Shown here in pieces: positions 8,197 to 17,708 of a stretch of 64,000 nt of DNA. Both the position numbers and the translations under genes were made by a program. How positions within the stretch are numbered: the first letter of the stretch is position 1; every line of letters starts with the position of its first letter. Source of the DNA: Alloprevotella sp. (GTDB taxonomy: Bacteria; Bacteroidota; Bacteroidia; Bacteroidales; Bacteroidaceae). The notes below the pieces were generated by a model. It was not told the origin of the DNA. It searched no databases and saw nothing but the letters and a program-made list of their open reading frames with translations. The stretch spans positions 48,294 to 112,293 of the forward strand of contig JBGVGJ010000058.1 of the NCBI GenBank assembly GCA_045121635.1, read 5' to 3'.

Positions 8197-11034
8197 ATGA
8201 AACACCTATTCCCCCTCCTCATTGCGCTCTTCGCCCTCTCGGCACAAGCGCAAACCTTCAAGTTCAGCGTGAAGGGAACTATCGTTGAAGAAGGTACAAA
8301 GGACGCACTTCCCACGGTGAAAGTGCAACTGCTCACTACCGACTCCGTGCGTGAATCGCACGCCACAACCAACGAAGAAGGCGCTTTTCTGCTCAAAGCC
8401 AAGAAGGCGGGCAAATACATTGTCTGCGCTGAAATGGTGGGTTTCGAACCCCTCTATCACAATGTGGAGTTTACTACAAAAAAATCCGCCATTGACCTTG
8501 GCAAACTCACCCTTACGGCACAATCTTACCAACTCGACGAAGCGCAAGTAACTGCCCTCTCGCGCATGATGACCGTGAAGGCCGACACCCTCCTGTTTAA
8601 CACCAAAGCCCTGCGCCTTCCGCCCAACGCTTCGCTCGCCGCAATGATGAAGGAGTTGCCCGGCATTTCCATTGACAAAGACGGCAACCTCACCTTTCAG
8701 GGCAAGACAGTGAGTCAGGTGCTCGTGGACGGCAAACCCTTCTTCGGCGATGTGAGTACGGCACTTGCCAACATGCCTACCGACGCCGTGAAGGATGTAA
8801 AGATGTACGAGAAGACGGACGAGGAAAAGGAGTTTCGCGGCGAACTCGACACGGACAAGGCTACCGTGGTTGACCTCACGATTAAGGACGAATATAAGTC
8901 GTCGTGGATGGCAAACATCGACCTCGGCGCCGGCACTCACGACCGCTACATCGGCAAGGTGTTTACCACGAACTTCACCGACCGCCGTCGCACCGCCATC
9001 TTTGGGCAGGTGAACAACGTCAGCCAGAATCAGAGTGTGGACGAAAACGGCAACTGGTCGTATTGGGGTGGCATGAACGGCATCTACACCTATCGCAAGG
9101 CGGGCGCCATGCTTCAATGGGACAACGGCAAGGGCAACAAGGAAGCGGGCAACTTGCGCGTGAACGGTAACGTCAACCTCTGGCACAACGACCAGACGAC
9201 CATCACCGACAACAACAATGAAACCTTCCTCGGAGGCGGAAAGTCGCAATACGGCTTTGCCCACGCTGAGCAAAAGGCGCATCGCGTGGGGGGAGATGCA
9301 AATGCCACCCTCAGGTACAACATCGACTCGCTCAACCGCATCTACTTGAGTGCCAAGTATTCGTATAACGCCAACGATAGTAAGAGCCAATCTTTCTCAT
9401 CCACCTATCACGAAGCGCCCACCGACAATGGCAACTTGGCGGGTAGCCTTATGGCGAACGACGCTCCCGAAGCGCTCCGCCAGCAAGCGGTGAATGCACA
9501 ACGTAGTGCGGGATTGGGCACGTATAACAACCACAGTATGGGCTTCATTGCCAACTATACGCACGTGTTCCAAAAGGCAGGACGCACCATCGACTTTTAC
9601 GTTTCGGGGAAATACAACACTACGGACAACGAGAGCGATGCCCTACAACATTACCGCTACTTCCGCCCCGACGCTCCGCGCCCCGAATTGACCAACCGCC
9701 AATTCACGTATGGTCCCAGCGATAATTATTACTTGAGTGGCGAAGTGAGTTATAGCGAACCCTTGAGCAAGCACCTGAAACTCAAGGCAACTTATAACTA
9801 CACGCACGAGAAGAAGGACAACCGCCACGACCTTTACCAGCTGGACCGCTATGATTACTATGCCAACCCCAACGTGCCCGTAGGTTTCCGCCCCACTCCC
9901 GGCGACTCGTTAGAGTTTGTGCGCAATGTGGAAAACTCTACGTTCTCCGACCTTTACAACAATGCGCACCGCGTCGTTTTGCGCCTTCAGGGGCAATGGG
10001 ATAAGGTGGACATGGCAATTTCTCCGTTGGTAACGCTCAATAATGAAAATCTGTATTATCAGAAGGGTAAGGACTTCTTTGCTCCCACCCGCACATCGGC
10101 ACATTGGAACCTCTTCGGGACATTGAAGTATAAGTTTGACGCTCAAAACTACATTCAGCTCAATTATCAAGGCGCTACCTTCCGCCCCACCCTCCAGGAA
10201 CTGCTCCCCATTCGCGACACGAGCGACCCGATGTCGGAAACGGTGAACAATCCTGACTTGAAGACGGGATGGTATAACAACCTTTATTTCTCCAGCAACT
10301 TCTTCAACACGAAGCGTGGCGACTCCTACAATGTGTGGGGTGGATTCAGCCAATCGTCTAATGACGTAGTGACCATCATGCAGGTTGACCCCGCAACGGG
10401 CTTCACACGTTACAACAAGAAGAACGTGAATGGCAGTTACCACACATATGGTTCCGTAGGCACAGAGCAACCGCTCGACACGGCGCGCCACTGGACGCTC
10501 ACCTCAAGCCTCTACATGAGTTACGACCACTCTACGGGTTTTGTAGGCGCCATGGGCAACGACCTCGGACTTTCCAGCATCAACAATGTTAACACCACCG
10601 CACGCCTCGGACTTCGCTATCGCAAGGACATTTGGAGCGTGTCGCTCAACGGGATGTACGAAGGACGCTACACCCGCTATAAGGAAACACCTCAATACAA
10701 CCAAGACGGACATACCTACGAAGTCATCCTTTCGCCACAAGTGGACCTCCCCTTCGGCATGAAGATTAACTCTCAATGCATTTTCTACACCCGCACGGGC
10801 TTCTCCGACCCCATGCTCAACCACGACCAATGGATTATCAACGCCTCCGTCTCGCAAACCTTCCTGAAGGATAAGTCGCTCACCCTCCAACTCGAAGTCA
10901 CCGACCTCCTACAAGAACGCACCTCGGAATTCAGCCACCTCAGCGCCATCTCGCGCACCTTCAGCCGCACCGAATGCTTCCTCAGCTACGTCATGCTCCA
11001 TGCGATTTATCGTCTGAATTTGGGAGGGAAGTAA
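8197..11034 (+). CDS. TonB-dependent-receptor-like outer-membrane beta-barrel protein with N-terminal carboxypeptidase-regulatory-like domain
   Basis: Signal peptide, CarbopepD_reg-like N-terminus (FKFSVKGTIVEEGTKDALPTVKVQL), a plug-like region (DEAQVTALSRMMTVKADT..) and about 700 aa of alternating beta-strand sequence. No SusC NQxxG signature was seen. Confidence 0.7.
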   Translation: MKHLFPLLIALFALSAQAQTFKFSVKGTIVEEGTKDALPTVKVQLLTTDSVRESHATTNEEGAFLLKAKKAGKYIVCAEMVGFEPLYHNVEFTTKKSAIDLGKLTLTAQSYQLDEAQVTALSRMMTVKADTLLFNTKALRLPPNASLAAMMKELPGISIDKDGNLTFQGKTVSQVLVDGKPFFGDVSTALANMPTDAVKDVKMYEKTDEEKEFRGELDTDKATVVDLTIKDEYKSSWMANIDLGAGTHDRYIGKVFTTNFTDRRRTAIFGQVNNVSQNQSVDENGNWSYWGGMNGIYTYRKAGAMLQWDNGKGNKEAGNLRVNGNVNLWHNDQTTITDNNNETFLGGGKSQYGFAHAEQKAHRVGGDANATLRYNIDSLNRIYLSAKYSYNANDSKSQSFSSTYHEAPTDNGNLAGSLMANDAPEALRQQAVNAQRSAGLGTYNNHSMGFIANYTHVFQKAGRTIDFYVSGKYNTTDNESDALQHYRYFRPDAPRPELTNRQFTYGPSDNYYLSGEVSYSEPLSKHLKLKATYNYTHEKKDNRHDLYQLDRYDYYANPNVPVGFRPTPGDSLEFVRNVENSTFSDLYNNAHRVVLRLQGQWDKVDMAISPLVTLNNENLYYQKGKDFFAPTRTSAHWNLFGTLKYKFDAQNYIQLNYQGATFRPTLQELLPIRDTSDPMSETVNNPDLKTGWYNNLYFSSNFFNTKRGDSYNVWGGFSQSSNDVVTIMQVDPATGFTRYNKKNVNGSYHTYGSVGTEQPLDTARHWTLTSSLYMSYDHSTGFVGAMGNDLGLSSINNVNTTARLGLRYRKDIWSVSLNGMYEGRYTRYKETPQYNQDGHTYEVILSPQVDLPFGMKINSQCIFYTRTGFSDPMLNHDQWIINASVSQTFLKDKSLTLQLEVTDLLQERTSEFSHLSAISRTFSRTECFLSYVMLHAIYRLNLGGK

Positions 11035-11043
11035 TATTTAGAG

Positions 11044-11110
11044 TTAGAGTACAGAGAACAGAGTACAACTTTTTTAGAGTACAGAGTACAGAGTACAGAG
11101 TACAACGACC
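11044..11110. repeat. imperfect tandem 9-mer repeat (AGAGTACAG)n
   Basis: tagagtacagagaacagagtacaac..tagagtacagagtacagagtacagagtacaac, immediately 3' of the outer-membrane protein gene. Confidence 0.6.
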
Positions 11111-11135
11111 TTGCGGGACGAGCGCACCGCATGGT

Positions 11136-11163
11136 TTACTACTCACTCCTAACTACTCACTAC
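11136..11163. repeat. short dispersed repeat TACTCACTCCTAACTACTCACTAC (family 2), copy 1
   Basis: A 24-nt string identical to 56491..56514. A related string occurs at 22460..22490. Confidence 0.6.
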
Positions 11164-11380
11164 ATTTCCGCTACCGCTTCTCATGCGTTCATATCAAGAG
11201 TAAAAACAAATCTTCATTGCGGTAGCATCATGAGGAGGCGACACACCCCGTGCCGTCTCCTTTTTCTTTGCATGAAATAAAAAGTCTGTAAAAAAATTGG
11301 CGGATTTATACCTTCAAAAAAAGAAAATCTGTAATTTTGCTTTTGAAAATATGATTTACCTTTTTAACTAAAATAAGACA

Positions 11381-12406
11381 ATGAAAGCTTTAGTCAAGAA
11401 AGAAGCCCAGAAGGGTATCTGGTTGGAAGAAGTTCCCATGCCCGAAGTAGGCGTGAACGACGTTCTCATCAAGATTAAGAAGACTGCTATTTGCGGTACA
11501 GACTTGCACATCTACAAGTGGGACGAATGGAGCCAAAAGACAATTAAGACTCCTATGACCATTGGTCACGAATACGTAGGCGTAGTAGCTGAAGTAGGTC
11601 CCGGAGTGCGTAATATCAAGGTGGGCGACCGCGTAACAGGTGAAGGTCACATTGCTTGCGGACATTGCCGTAACTGCCGCCGTGGTTTGCAACACATTTG
11701 CGAAAATAGCATCGGCGTAGGCGTTAACCGCGATGGTGCGTTTGCTGAATACCTCTGCATCCCCGAATCAAACGTTGTGAAGCTCGACGATCGTATTTCT
11801 GACGATATGGCGGCTATCATGGACCCCTTCGGTAACGCTACACACACAGCGCTTTCATTCCCCCTCCTCGGTGAAGACGTGCTCATCACTGGTGCTGGTC
11901 TTATCGGCACAATGGCTACCGCTATTGCGAAGTTTGCAGGTGCGAAGAACATCGTTGTAACTGACCTTAGCGACTACCGCTTGGAAATTGCGAAGAAGAT
12001 GGGTGCTACTCACACCGTAAACGCTTCTAAGGGCGAAACCGTTGCTGGAGCAATGGAACAGCTCGGCATCCGTGGTTTTGACGTAGGTCTTGAAATGTCA
12101 GGTTCTCCCATCGCTTTCCGCGACATGGTGAGCAACATGTACAACGGTTCAAAGATTGCACAGCTCGGTATTCTTCCTCCCACAACTACGGTTGACTGGA
12201 GCGAAATCATCTTCAAGGCACTCACAATTAAGGGTATCTACGGCCGCGAAATGTGGGAAACTTGGTACAAGATGGAGCAGATGCTCATCTCTGGCCTCGA
12301 CCTCACTCCCGTTATCACACACAAGTTCCCCATTGCCGACTTCCAGAAGGGCTTCGACATCATGGAATCAGGTCAGTGTGGTAAGGTTATCCTTGAATGG
12401 GATTAA
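11381..12406 (+). CDS. tdh: L-threonine 3-dehydrogenase
   Basis: [55 protein letters not shown] is near-identical in pattern to enterobacterial Tdh. Zn-ADH fold with Rossmann GAGLIG. Confidence 0.9.
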   Translation: MKALVKKEAQKGIWLEEVPMPEVGVNDVLIKIKKTAICGTDLHIYKWDEWSQKTIKTPMTIGHEYVGVVAEVGPGVRNIKVGDRVTGEGHIACGHCRNCRRGLQHICENSIGVGVNRDGAFAEYLCIPESNVVKLDDRISDDMAAIMDPFGNATHTALSFPLLGEDVLITGAGLIGTMATAIAKFAGAKNIVVTDLSDYRLEIAKKMGATHTVNASKGETVAGAMEQLGIRGFDVGLEMSGSPIAFRDMVSNMYNGSKIAQLGILPPTTTVDWSEIIFKALTIKGIYGREMWETWYKMEQMLISGLDLTPVITHKFPIADFQKGFDIMESGQCGKVILEWD

Positions 12407-12423
12407 TACATTGACACAAATAA

Positions 12424-12458
12424 AAAGGGCGCATCCAAGAGGGTGCGCCTTTTTATTT
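12424..12458 (+). terminator. rho-independent terminator after tdh
   Basis: gggcgcaTCCAAGAGGgtgcgcc followed by tttttattt. Confidence 0.6.
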
Positions 12459-12552
12459 AAAGGAGAAAGGTGAAAGGAGAAAGGAGAAAACCATGCGGGA
12501 CATCAGCGCGCCAGCATCTTTCTCATTTCTCCTTTCTCATTTTTCCTTTTCG
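12459..12552. repeat. palindromic AGGAGAAAGG...CTTTCTCATTTCTC element (family 3), copy 1
   Basis: The arms aaaggagaaaggtgaaaggagaaaggagaaaa and tctttctcatttctcctttctcattttt are inverted, around a spacer containing gcgccagc. It is homologous to 45791..45886. Confidence 0.6.
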
Positions 12553-12559
12553 CAAGATC

Positions 12560-15268
12560 TTACTTCTTGAACAAGCGGAAGATTTCTCCAATCCAAAGCA
12601 CAAGGGATGTGCCGAAGATGCAGAAGAGCCAGTCTTCTGTAGAGAGAGGCGCTACGTTAAACATGGTGCCACCAAGCGTAACGATTGCAATCTGACCGAG
12701 CACGATGACTACGGCAATGCTTACGAAGGAGTTGCAACCCTTGAAGTGGAGCGCTGAAGCACCTGTGAGGTAAGCACGAGCGTTGAACATATTCCAGAAC
12801 TGGAGCATCACGAAGAGCGTGAACATCAAGCTGCGTTCATAAGGCGTAACACCTGTTTCAGCTGGAGTAAGTGCCGAGAGGTTTGCCAATTGCGTGAGCG
12901 AAGTGATGTCGTAAATATTCGCGAGGTAAGCAAAGCCGAGGATGAGCAAGGTGAAGAGGGCGCCAACGGAGAGGATGTTTGCCCACATGGCCTTGTCGAT
13001 AATGAAGTCCTCACGCTTACGGGGAGCGTCCTTCATCACCGCCATTGAGGGAGGAAGTGATGCGAGCGCCATAGCCGCGAAGGTGTCCATAATGAGGTTC
13101 ACCCAAAGCATCTGCGTCACGGTGAGGGGCGTTTCCATGCCGAGGAGTGCTCCGATAAGCACGATGAAGCAGGCACCCATTGTCACCGTCATTTGGAAGA
13201 GGATGAAGCGCTGAATGTTGCGATAGAGTGAGCGTCCCCACATCACGGCACGCGTAATACTTGCAAACGAGTTGTCAACGATTGTAATGTCGCTGGCTTC
13301 CTTTGCCACGCTTGTACCGTCACCCATTGAGAGGCCTACATGCGCCGCCTTGAGTGCGGGAGCGTCGTTCGTACCGTCGCCCGTTACAGCTACTACTTGA
13401 CCGAGGCGCTGGAGGGTTTCTACAAGGCGCTTCTTATCCATAGGACGCGCACGCGCAATGATACGGAGGTCGAGGATGCGCTCTTCGAGTTCGGCATCGG
13501 TGAGTTCGGCAAATTCAGGACCTGTAATCAAGTTGCGCTCCGTAGAGTTTTCGTTCCAAATACCAATTTGGCGACCAATTTCGCGCGCCGTACCGGGTGT
13601 GTCACCCGTCACGATAGTCACATTGATACCTGCGCTCAAGCAATCACCTACGGCCGCAGGTACGTCGCTACGAACGGGGTCGGCAATCGCAACAACACCG
13701 ATGAAGGTGAGGTTCTTTGCCTCTACCACCTTGTCGTTGAAGGTAGCGTCGCCCTCTTCAAGCACCTGGTAAGCGAAACCAAGCGTACGCATGGCGAGGT
13801 TCTGATAATTGAGAAGCATGGCGTCGAGCGCTTCCTTCGTCACATTACCAAGACTCTGCTTACACAAAGCGAAGACATATTCAGGAGCACCCTTGACATA
13901 AAGCACCTTCTTGTTCAACTTTGAAGAATGCACCACGGTAGCCATGTACTTACGCTCCGTAGAGAAGGGCAATTCGCTGATGTATTGCGCATCCGAGCGC
14001 AACTTCATGAAGTCAACGCCCTGAGCGCGCAACCAAAGGATGAGTGCGCCTTCCGTAGGATTACCGAGTGCGCGGGGCTTTTCGCCTGTAAGGTCGAGCG
14101 TAGCGGTTGAGTTCACGGCAATGCCTTCAGCAATGATGTCCGACATTTCGTCTCTTGCCAATTGTTGTGCTTCGGGAAGGCCGAAGAAGCGCGTTTCGTG
14201 AATCTGCATGAGGTTTTGCGTGAGCGTACCCGTCTTATCGGTACAAATCACGGTGGTAGCGCCCATCGTTTCACACGCATGCATCTTACGCACCAAGTTG
14301 TTCGTCTTAAGCATACGGCGCATACTATAAGCAAGACTCAAAGTCACCGCCATAGGAAGACCTTCGGGCACGGCTGCTACGACGAGCGTAACGGCCACCA
14401 TGAACGTTTGAAGCATGTGGCTGAGGAAGAGCATCGTGCCGAAACTTTCTCCCCAGGGGAATGCTACGAGGCGCGCAATGATGATGATACCTGCGAAGGT
14501 GTAACTGATCTTCGTAATCTTCGCCGCAAGTCCGTCAAGTTGCTCATTAAGAGGCGTCTTCACACTATTGTCAATCTGTGCGGCTACGAATACCTTACCG
14601 TTTTCCGTCTTATCCCCCACGGCAAACACACGCGCTACGCCGTGACCTTCCATCACCGTTGTGCCACGCATTACGTGGTTAGAGGGGAAGGTGGCTTCGT
14701 CGTCAAAGTCCTCCTTCACCGTAGTCTTACGGCAAAGGGGTTCGCCCGTAAGCGTTGATTCGTTGAGCGCCATTGCCGACGCTTCAAGCAATTCGGCATC
14801 AGCAGGAACTTCGTTACCCGTAGAAAGGATGATGATGTCTCCCACCACGATGTCCTTCTTCGCCACTTCCGTCGTGTTACCGCCACGGATGACCTGCACG
14901 GGTTCGTCGTCGTTCACCTGATTAAGCAATTCAAACTCCTTGTCGGCCTTCATCTCGAAGTAGAAAGAAAGTCCCGTTGCGAGGAGAATGGCTACGATGA
15001 TACCAATGGGTTCGAGGAACACCTCCATACCCGCACCTTCATGACCGAAGAATTCGTAGAAGGAAATACCTACCGACACGACCGCCGCAACGATAAGAAT
15101 GCGAATGAGGGGGTCGGCAAACTTGCCGAGGAACTTCTTCCAAAGTGGTTCCTTCGCGGGAGGCGTCAGAATGTTTGTGCCGTACTTCGCACGACTCTCC
15201 GCAACTTCTGCTTCAGAGAGCCCTTTATAAATCTCTTTTTCTTGCATAGAAAAGTTTTTGAGGTTCAA
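12560..15268 (-). CDS. calcium-translocating P-type ATPase (PMCA/SERCA-like)
   Basis: P-type ATPase signatures CTDKTGTLTQN, TGDGTNDAPALKAAHVGLSMG and the TGE loop. About 10 TM helices. The size and N-terminus match Ca2+-type pumps. Confidence 0.85.
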   Translation of the reverse strand: MNLKNFSMQEKEIYKGLSEAEVAESRAKYGTNILTPPAKEPLWKKFLGKFADPLIRILIVAAVVSVGISFYEFFGHEGAGMEVFLEPIGIIVAILLATGLSFYFEMKADKEFELLNQVNDDEPVQVIRGGNTTEVAKKDIVVGDIIILSTGNEVPADAELLEASAMALNESTLTGEPLCRKTTVKEDFDDEATFPSNHVMRGTTVMEGHGVARVFAVGDKTENGKVFVAAQIDNSVKTPLNEQLDGLAAKITKISYTFAGIIIIARLVAFPWGESFGTMLFLSHMLQTFMVAVTLVVAAVPEGLPMAVTLSLAYSMRRMLKTNNLVRKMHACETMGATTVICTDKTGTLTQNLMQIHETRFFGLPEAQQLARDEMSDIIAEGIAVNSTATLDLTGEKPRALGNPTEGALILWLRAQGVDFMKLRSDAQYISELPFSTERKYMATVVHSSKLNKKVLYVKGAPEYVFALCKQSLGNVTKEALDAMLLNYQNLAMRTLGFAYQVLEEGDATFNDKVVEAKNLTFIGVVAIADPVRSDVPAAVGDCLSAGINVTIVTGDTPGTAREIGRQIGIWNENSTERNLITGPEFAELTDAELEERILDLRIIARARPMDKKRLVETLQRLGQVVAVTGDGTNDAPALKAAHVGLSMGDGTSVAKEASDITIVDNSFASITRAVMWGRSLYRNIQRFILFQMTVTMGACFIVLIGALLGMETPLTVTQMLWVNLIMDTFAAMALASLPPSMAVMKDAPRKREDFIIDKAMWANILSVGALFTLLILGFAYLANIYDITSLTQLANLSALTPAETGVTPYERSLMFTLFVMLQFWNMFNARAYLTGASALHFKGCNSFVSIAVVIVLGQIAIVTLGGTMFNVAPLSTEDWLFCIFGTSLVLWIGEIFRLFKK

Positions 15269-15287
15269 GGTCGTGACCTACCCCCTA

Positions 15288-16115
15288 TTAACCGTTATAT
15301 TTTTCCAACATTTCAGCCATTTCCTGCTGGAGTTCGCGTGCCTTTTCGCCCGCGACTTCCGCAAAGCGCTCGGTAGTGTCGGCATAGATGATGCCACGGC
15401 TTGAGTTGACGAGCAAACCGCAATCCTTTGTCATGCCGTACTTGCACACATCCTCGAGCGAACCGCCCTGTGCGCCTACACCAGGCACGAGGAGGAAGTG
15501 GTTGGGGGCAATCTTACGGATGTCTTCAAAGAGTTTGCCCTGAGTAGCACCTACGACATACATCATCTGCTCATCGTTTGCCCATTGCTGAGAGGTGCGC
15601 AACACCTTTTCAAACAAGCGTTCGCCTTCAGCGTCCTGCATGAGTTGGAAGTCGTGAGAACCCTTGTTGCTTGTGAGCGCCAAGAGAATCACCCACTTGC
15701 CTTCATACTGGAGGAAGGGAGTCACAGAGTCTTCGCCCATGTAGGGAGCCACGGTGAGCGAATCGATATCCATTTCTTCGAAGAAGCAACGCGCATACAT
15801 CGCTGAAGTGTTACCGATGTCACCACGCTTTGCGTCGGCAATGATGAACTGATCGGGGTAGTTCTGCTTGATATAGTTTACGGTCTTTTCAAACGCAATC
15901 CAACCCTGAAGGCCGAAGCATTCGTAGAACGCCAAATTGGGCTTATACGCCACGGTGTAGGGCGCTGTAGCGTCGATAATTGCCTTATTAAACTCGAAGA
16001 TGGGGTCTTCAGCATCCAAGAGGTGCTTGGGCATCTTCTTCAAGTCAGTGTCGAGACCTACGCAAAGGAAAGACTTCTTCGCGCGAATGTTGTCGATAAG
16101 TTGTTGCTTAGTCAT
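15288..16115 (-). CDS. pyrF: orotidine-5'-phosphate decarboxylase (long type 2)
   Basis: [29 protein letters not shown]... is the typical type-2 PyrF N-terminus. 275 aa. Confidence 0.85.
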   Translation of the reverse strand: MTKQQLIDNIRAKKSFLCVGLDTDLKKMPKHLLDAEDPIFEFNKAIIDATAPYTVAYKPNLAFYECFGLQGWIAFEKTVNYIKQNYPDQFIIADAKRGDIGNTSAMYARCFFEEMDIDSLTVAPYMGEDSVTPFLQYEGKWVILLALTSNKGSHDFQLMQDAEGERLFEKVLRTSQQWANDEQMMYVVGATQGKLFEDIRKIAPNHFLLVPGVGAQGGSLEDVCKYGMTKDCGLLVNSSRGIIYADTTERFAEVAGEKARELQQEMAEMLEKYNG

Positions 16116-16267
16116 AGCAGTTTAGAGATTTTATAGGTTCACACAGGGGCGAACACACTTAATTATATAATTACGGTATTTCATGCAAATTTAGAAATTT
16201 CTTCGCGCGCAGGGAAGTAATATTGAGGAAAATCCGTAAGTTTGTGGGAAAATTTAACAAGGTGAAG

Positions 16268-16320
16268 GCGATAGGCGCTATAGACGCTATAGAAACTATG
16301 GAAACTATAAAAACTATAGC
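16268..16320. repeat. tandem about 9-bp repeats (GACGCTATA / GAAACTATG / GAAACTATA / AAAACTATA)
   Basis: ggcgctatagacgctatagaaactatggaaactataaaaactatagcc, just upstream of the FKBP gene. Confidence 0.55.
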
Positions 16321-16340
16321 CCCCTCTCAAAAAAACTACT

Positions 16341-16742
16341 ATGTCTAAAAAGCAAGATTACCTCCGCCAAAACCAAGAGTTTCTCGCCGAAAAGGCGCGA
16401 CAAGAGGGCGTTAAGTCGCTCCCTGGCGGCATACTTTATGAAGTGATTGAAACGGGCGCTGGCGCCGTCTGCCCCACCCTGCGCAGCATCGTTTGTGTGC
16501 ACTACCGAGGCACGCTTGTCAATGGGCGCGAGTTCGACAATAGTTACACACGCGGTTACCCCGAAGCCTTCCGCCTCAACGAGGTCATTGAGGGGTGGCA
16601 AATCGCGCTCAGCCACATGCATGCGGGCGATAAATGGATGGTTTACATCCCCGCCGACAAGGGCTACGGCAAGCGCTCTTCGGGCCCCATTCCAGGCGGT
16701 TCGACACTGATTTTTGAAGTTGAACTTTTAAGTATTGGTTAA
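16341..16742 (+). CDS. FKBP-type peptidyl-prolyl cis-trans isomerase
   Basis: FKBP domain (VHYRGTLVNGREFDNSY..EVIEGWQIALSHMHAGDKWMVYIPADKGYG). Confidence 0.85.
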   Translation: MSKKQDYLRQNQEFLAEKARQEGVKSLPGGILYEVIETGAGAVCPTLRSIVCVHYRGTLVNGREFDNSYTRGYPEAFRLNEVIEGWQIALSHMHAGDKWMVYIPADKGYGKRSSGPIPGGSTLIFEVELLSIG

Positions 16743-16747
16743 AGGGC

Positions 16748-17431
16748 ATGCCACATTTATTCAAGTCAACAAGCGCCCTATTATTCGCCCTCTTCCTTTG
16801 CTTTACAACATCTTGCCGAAGCACCTCTTCCACAACGTGCAACGGCGACGGCATTGACATTTCCCACCATCAAGGGAAAATTAATTGGAAGAAAGTGGCG
16901 CGCCACAAGGACCTTCAATTCGTTTACATCAAAGCTACAGAGGGTGGCACCTATCAAGACCCCAAATACGAGCACAACCTCAAGCAAGCGCGCCGCCGTG
17001 GGTTGAAGGTGGGGAGTTATCACTTCATGCGCACCACGAGTAGCGTGTGGCTCCAATTCCTCAATTTTGTCAGTCATGTCCCCAAAAAGAAGCAGGACCT
17101 CGTACCCGTAATTGACGTGGAAGAATGCAAGAATTGGACTTCTCAGCAACTTGCTGATAGTGTGGCACTCATGTCCAAACTTTTAGAAAAAGTTTACGGT
17201 CAAAAACCGATGATTTATACGGGGCAAAATTTCTACAACAAGTACCTCCAAAACCGCCTTCCGCATCACCCGCTTTGGATAGCTTGTTATAGCAATACGC
17301 CGCCCAAAATTAGTTCGCCCTACCTCATTTGGCAATTCACGCAGAAGGCAAGGTTAAACGGCATTTCTACCACCGTTGACCTCAATCGATTTTCCTCAAA
17401 GGGGAATATTAAAATGCTGGAATTGAAGTGA
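16748..17431 (+). CDS. GH25-family lysozyme/muramidase, secreted
   Basis: Signal peptide, then DISHHQGKINWKKVA..LQFVYIKATEG..SYHF, as in GH25. 6-nt gap after the FKBP gene. Confidence 0.8.
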   Translation: MPHLFKSTSALLFALFLCFTTSCRSTSSTTCNGDGIDISHHQGKINWKKVARHKDLQFVYIKATEGGTYQDPKYEHNLKQARRRGLKVGSYHFMRTTSSVWLQFLNFVSHVPKKKQDLVPVIDVEECKNWTSQQLADSVALMSKLLEKVYGQKPMIYTGQNFYNKYLQNRLPHHPLWIACYSNTPPKISSPYLIWQFTQKARLNGISTTVDLNRFSSKGNIKMLELK

Positions 17432-17451
17432 GGCATTGACAACAGACAATT

Positions 17452-17510
17452 GATAACGGACAACAATCCTAGCATCCGTACTTGGATTGTTGTCCGTTGT
17501 TTTATTTACA
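17452..17510 (+). terminator. terminator after the GH25 gene
   Basis: aacggacaacaatcc...ggattgttgtccgtt followed by gttttattt. Confidence 0.6.
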
Positions 17511-17708
17511 ATCGTTGCACCAACCGTTTACCACATATTATATAAAAACTCCCCTCCCCGCTTGTCGCTTCAATAATAATTTGTATATTTGCGCCTTAAA
17601 AGAAAATAGAAACTAAAAACTAAATTATCCACTTCCTATTTTTGCGGAGCAGCAGAGCGTTATTCTCTCTTGTTTGCCAAGCAAAATGTAAAGAAGGTTA
17701 TACTGACT

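Noticed and set aside
8206-9390. 394-aa minus-strand ORF (and similar long antisense ORFs at 18276..19211, 41170..42336, 54499..55158, 58202..59329)
   Set aside because: They lie fully inside well-supported plus-strand genes (outer-membrane protein, ileS, ligA, mtaB, flotillin). Their translations are low-complexity Arg/Val/His-rich, typical of shadow ORFs in GC-rich coding DNA.
12470-12757. 95-aa plus-strand ORF starting MKGERRKPCGTSARQHLSHFSFLIFPF
   Set aside because: The start and first 25 codons are generated by the family-3 palindromic repeat and the rest is antisense to the Ca-ATPase gene.
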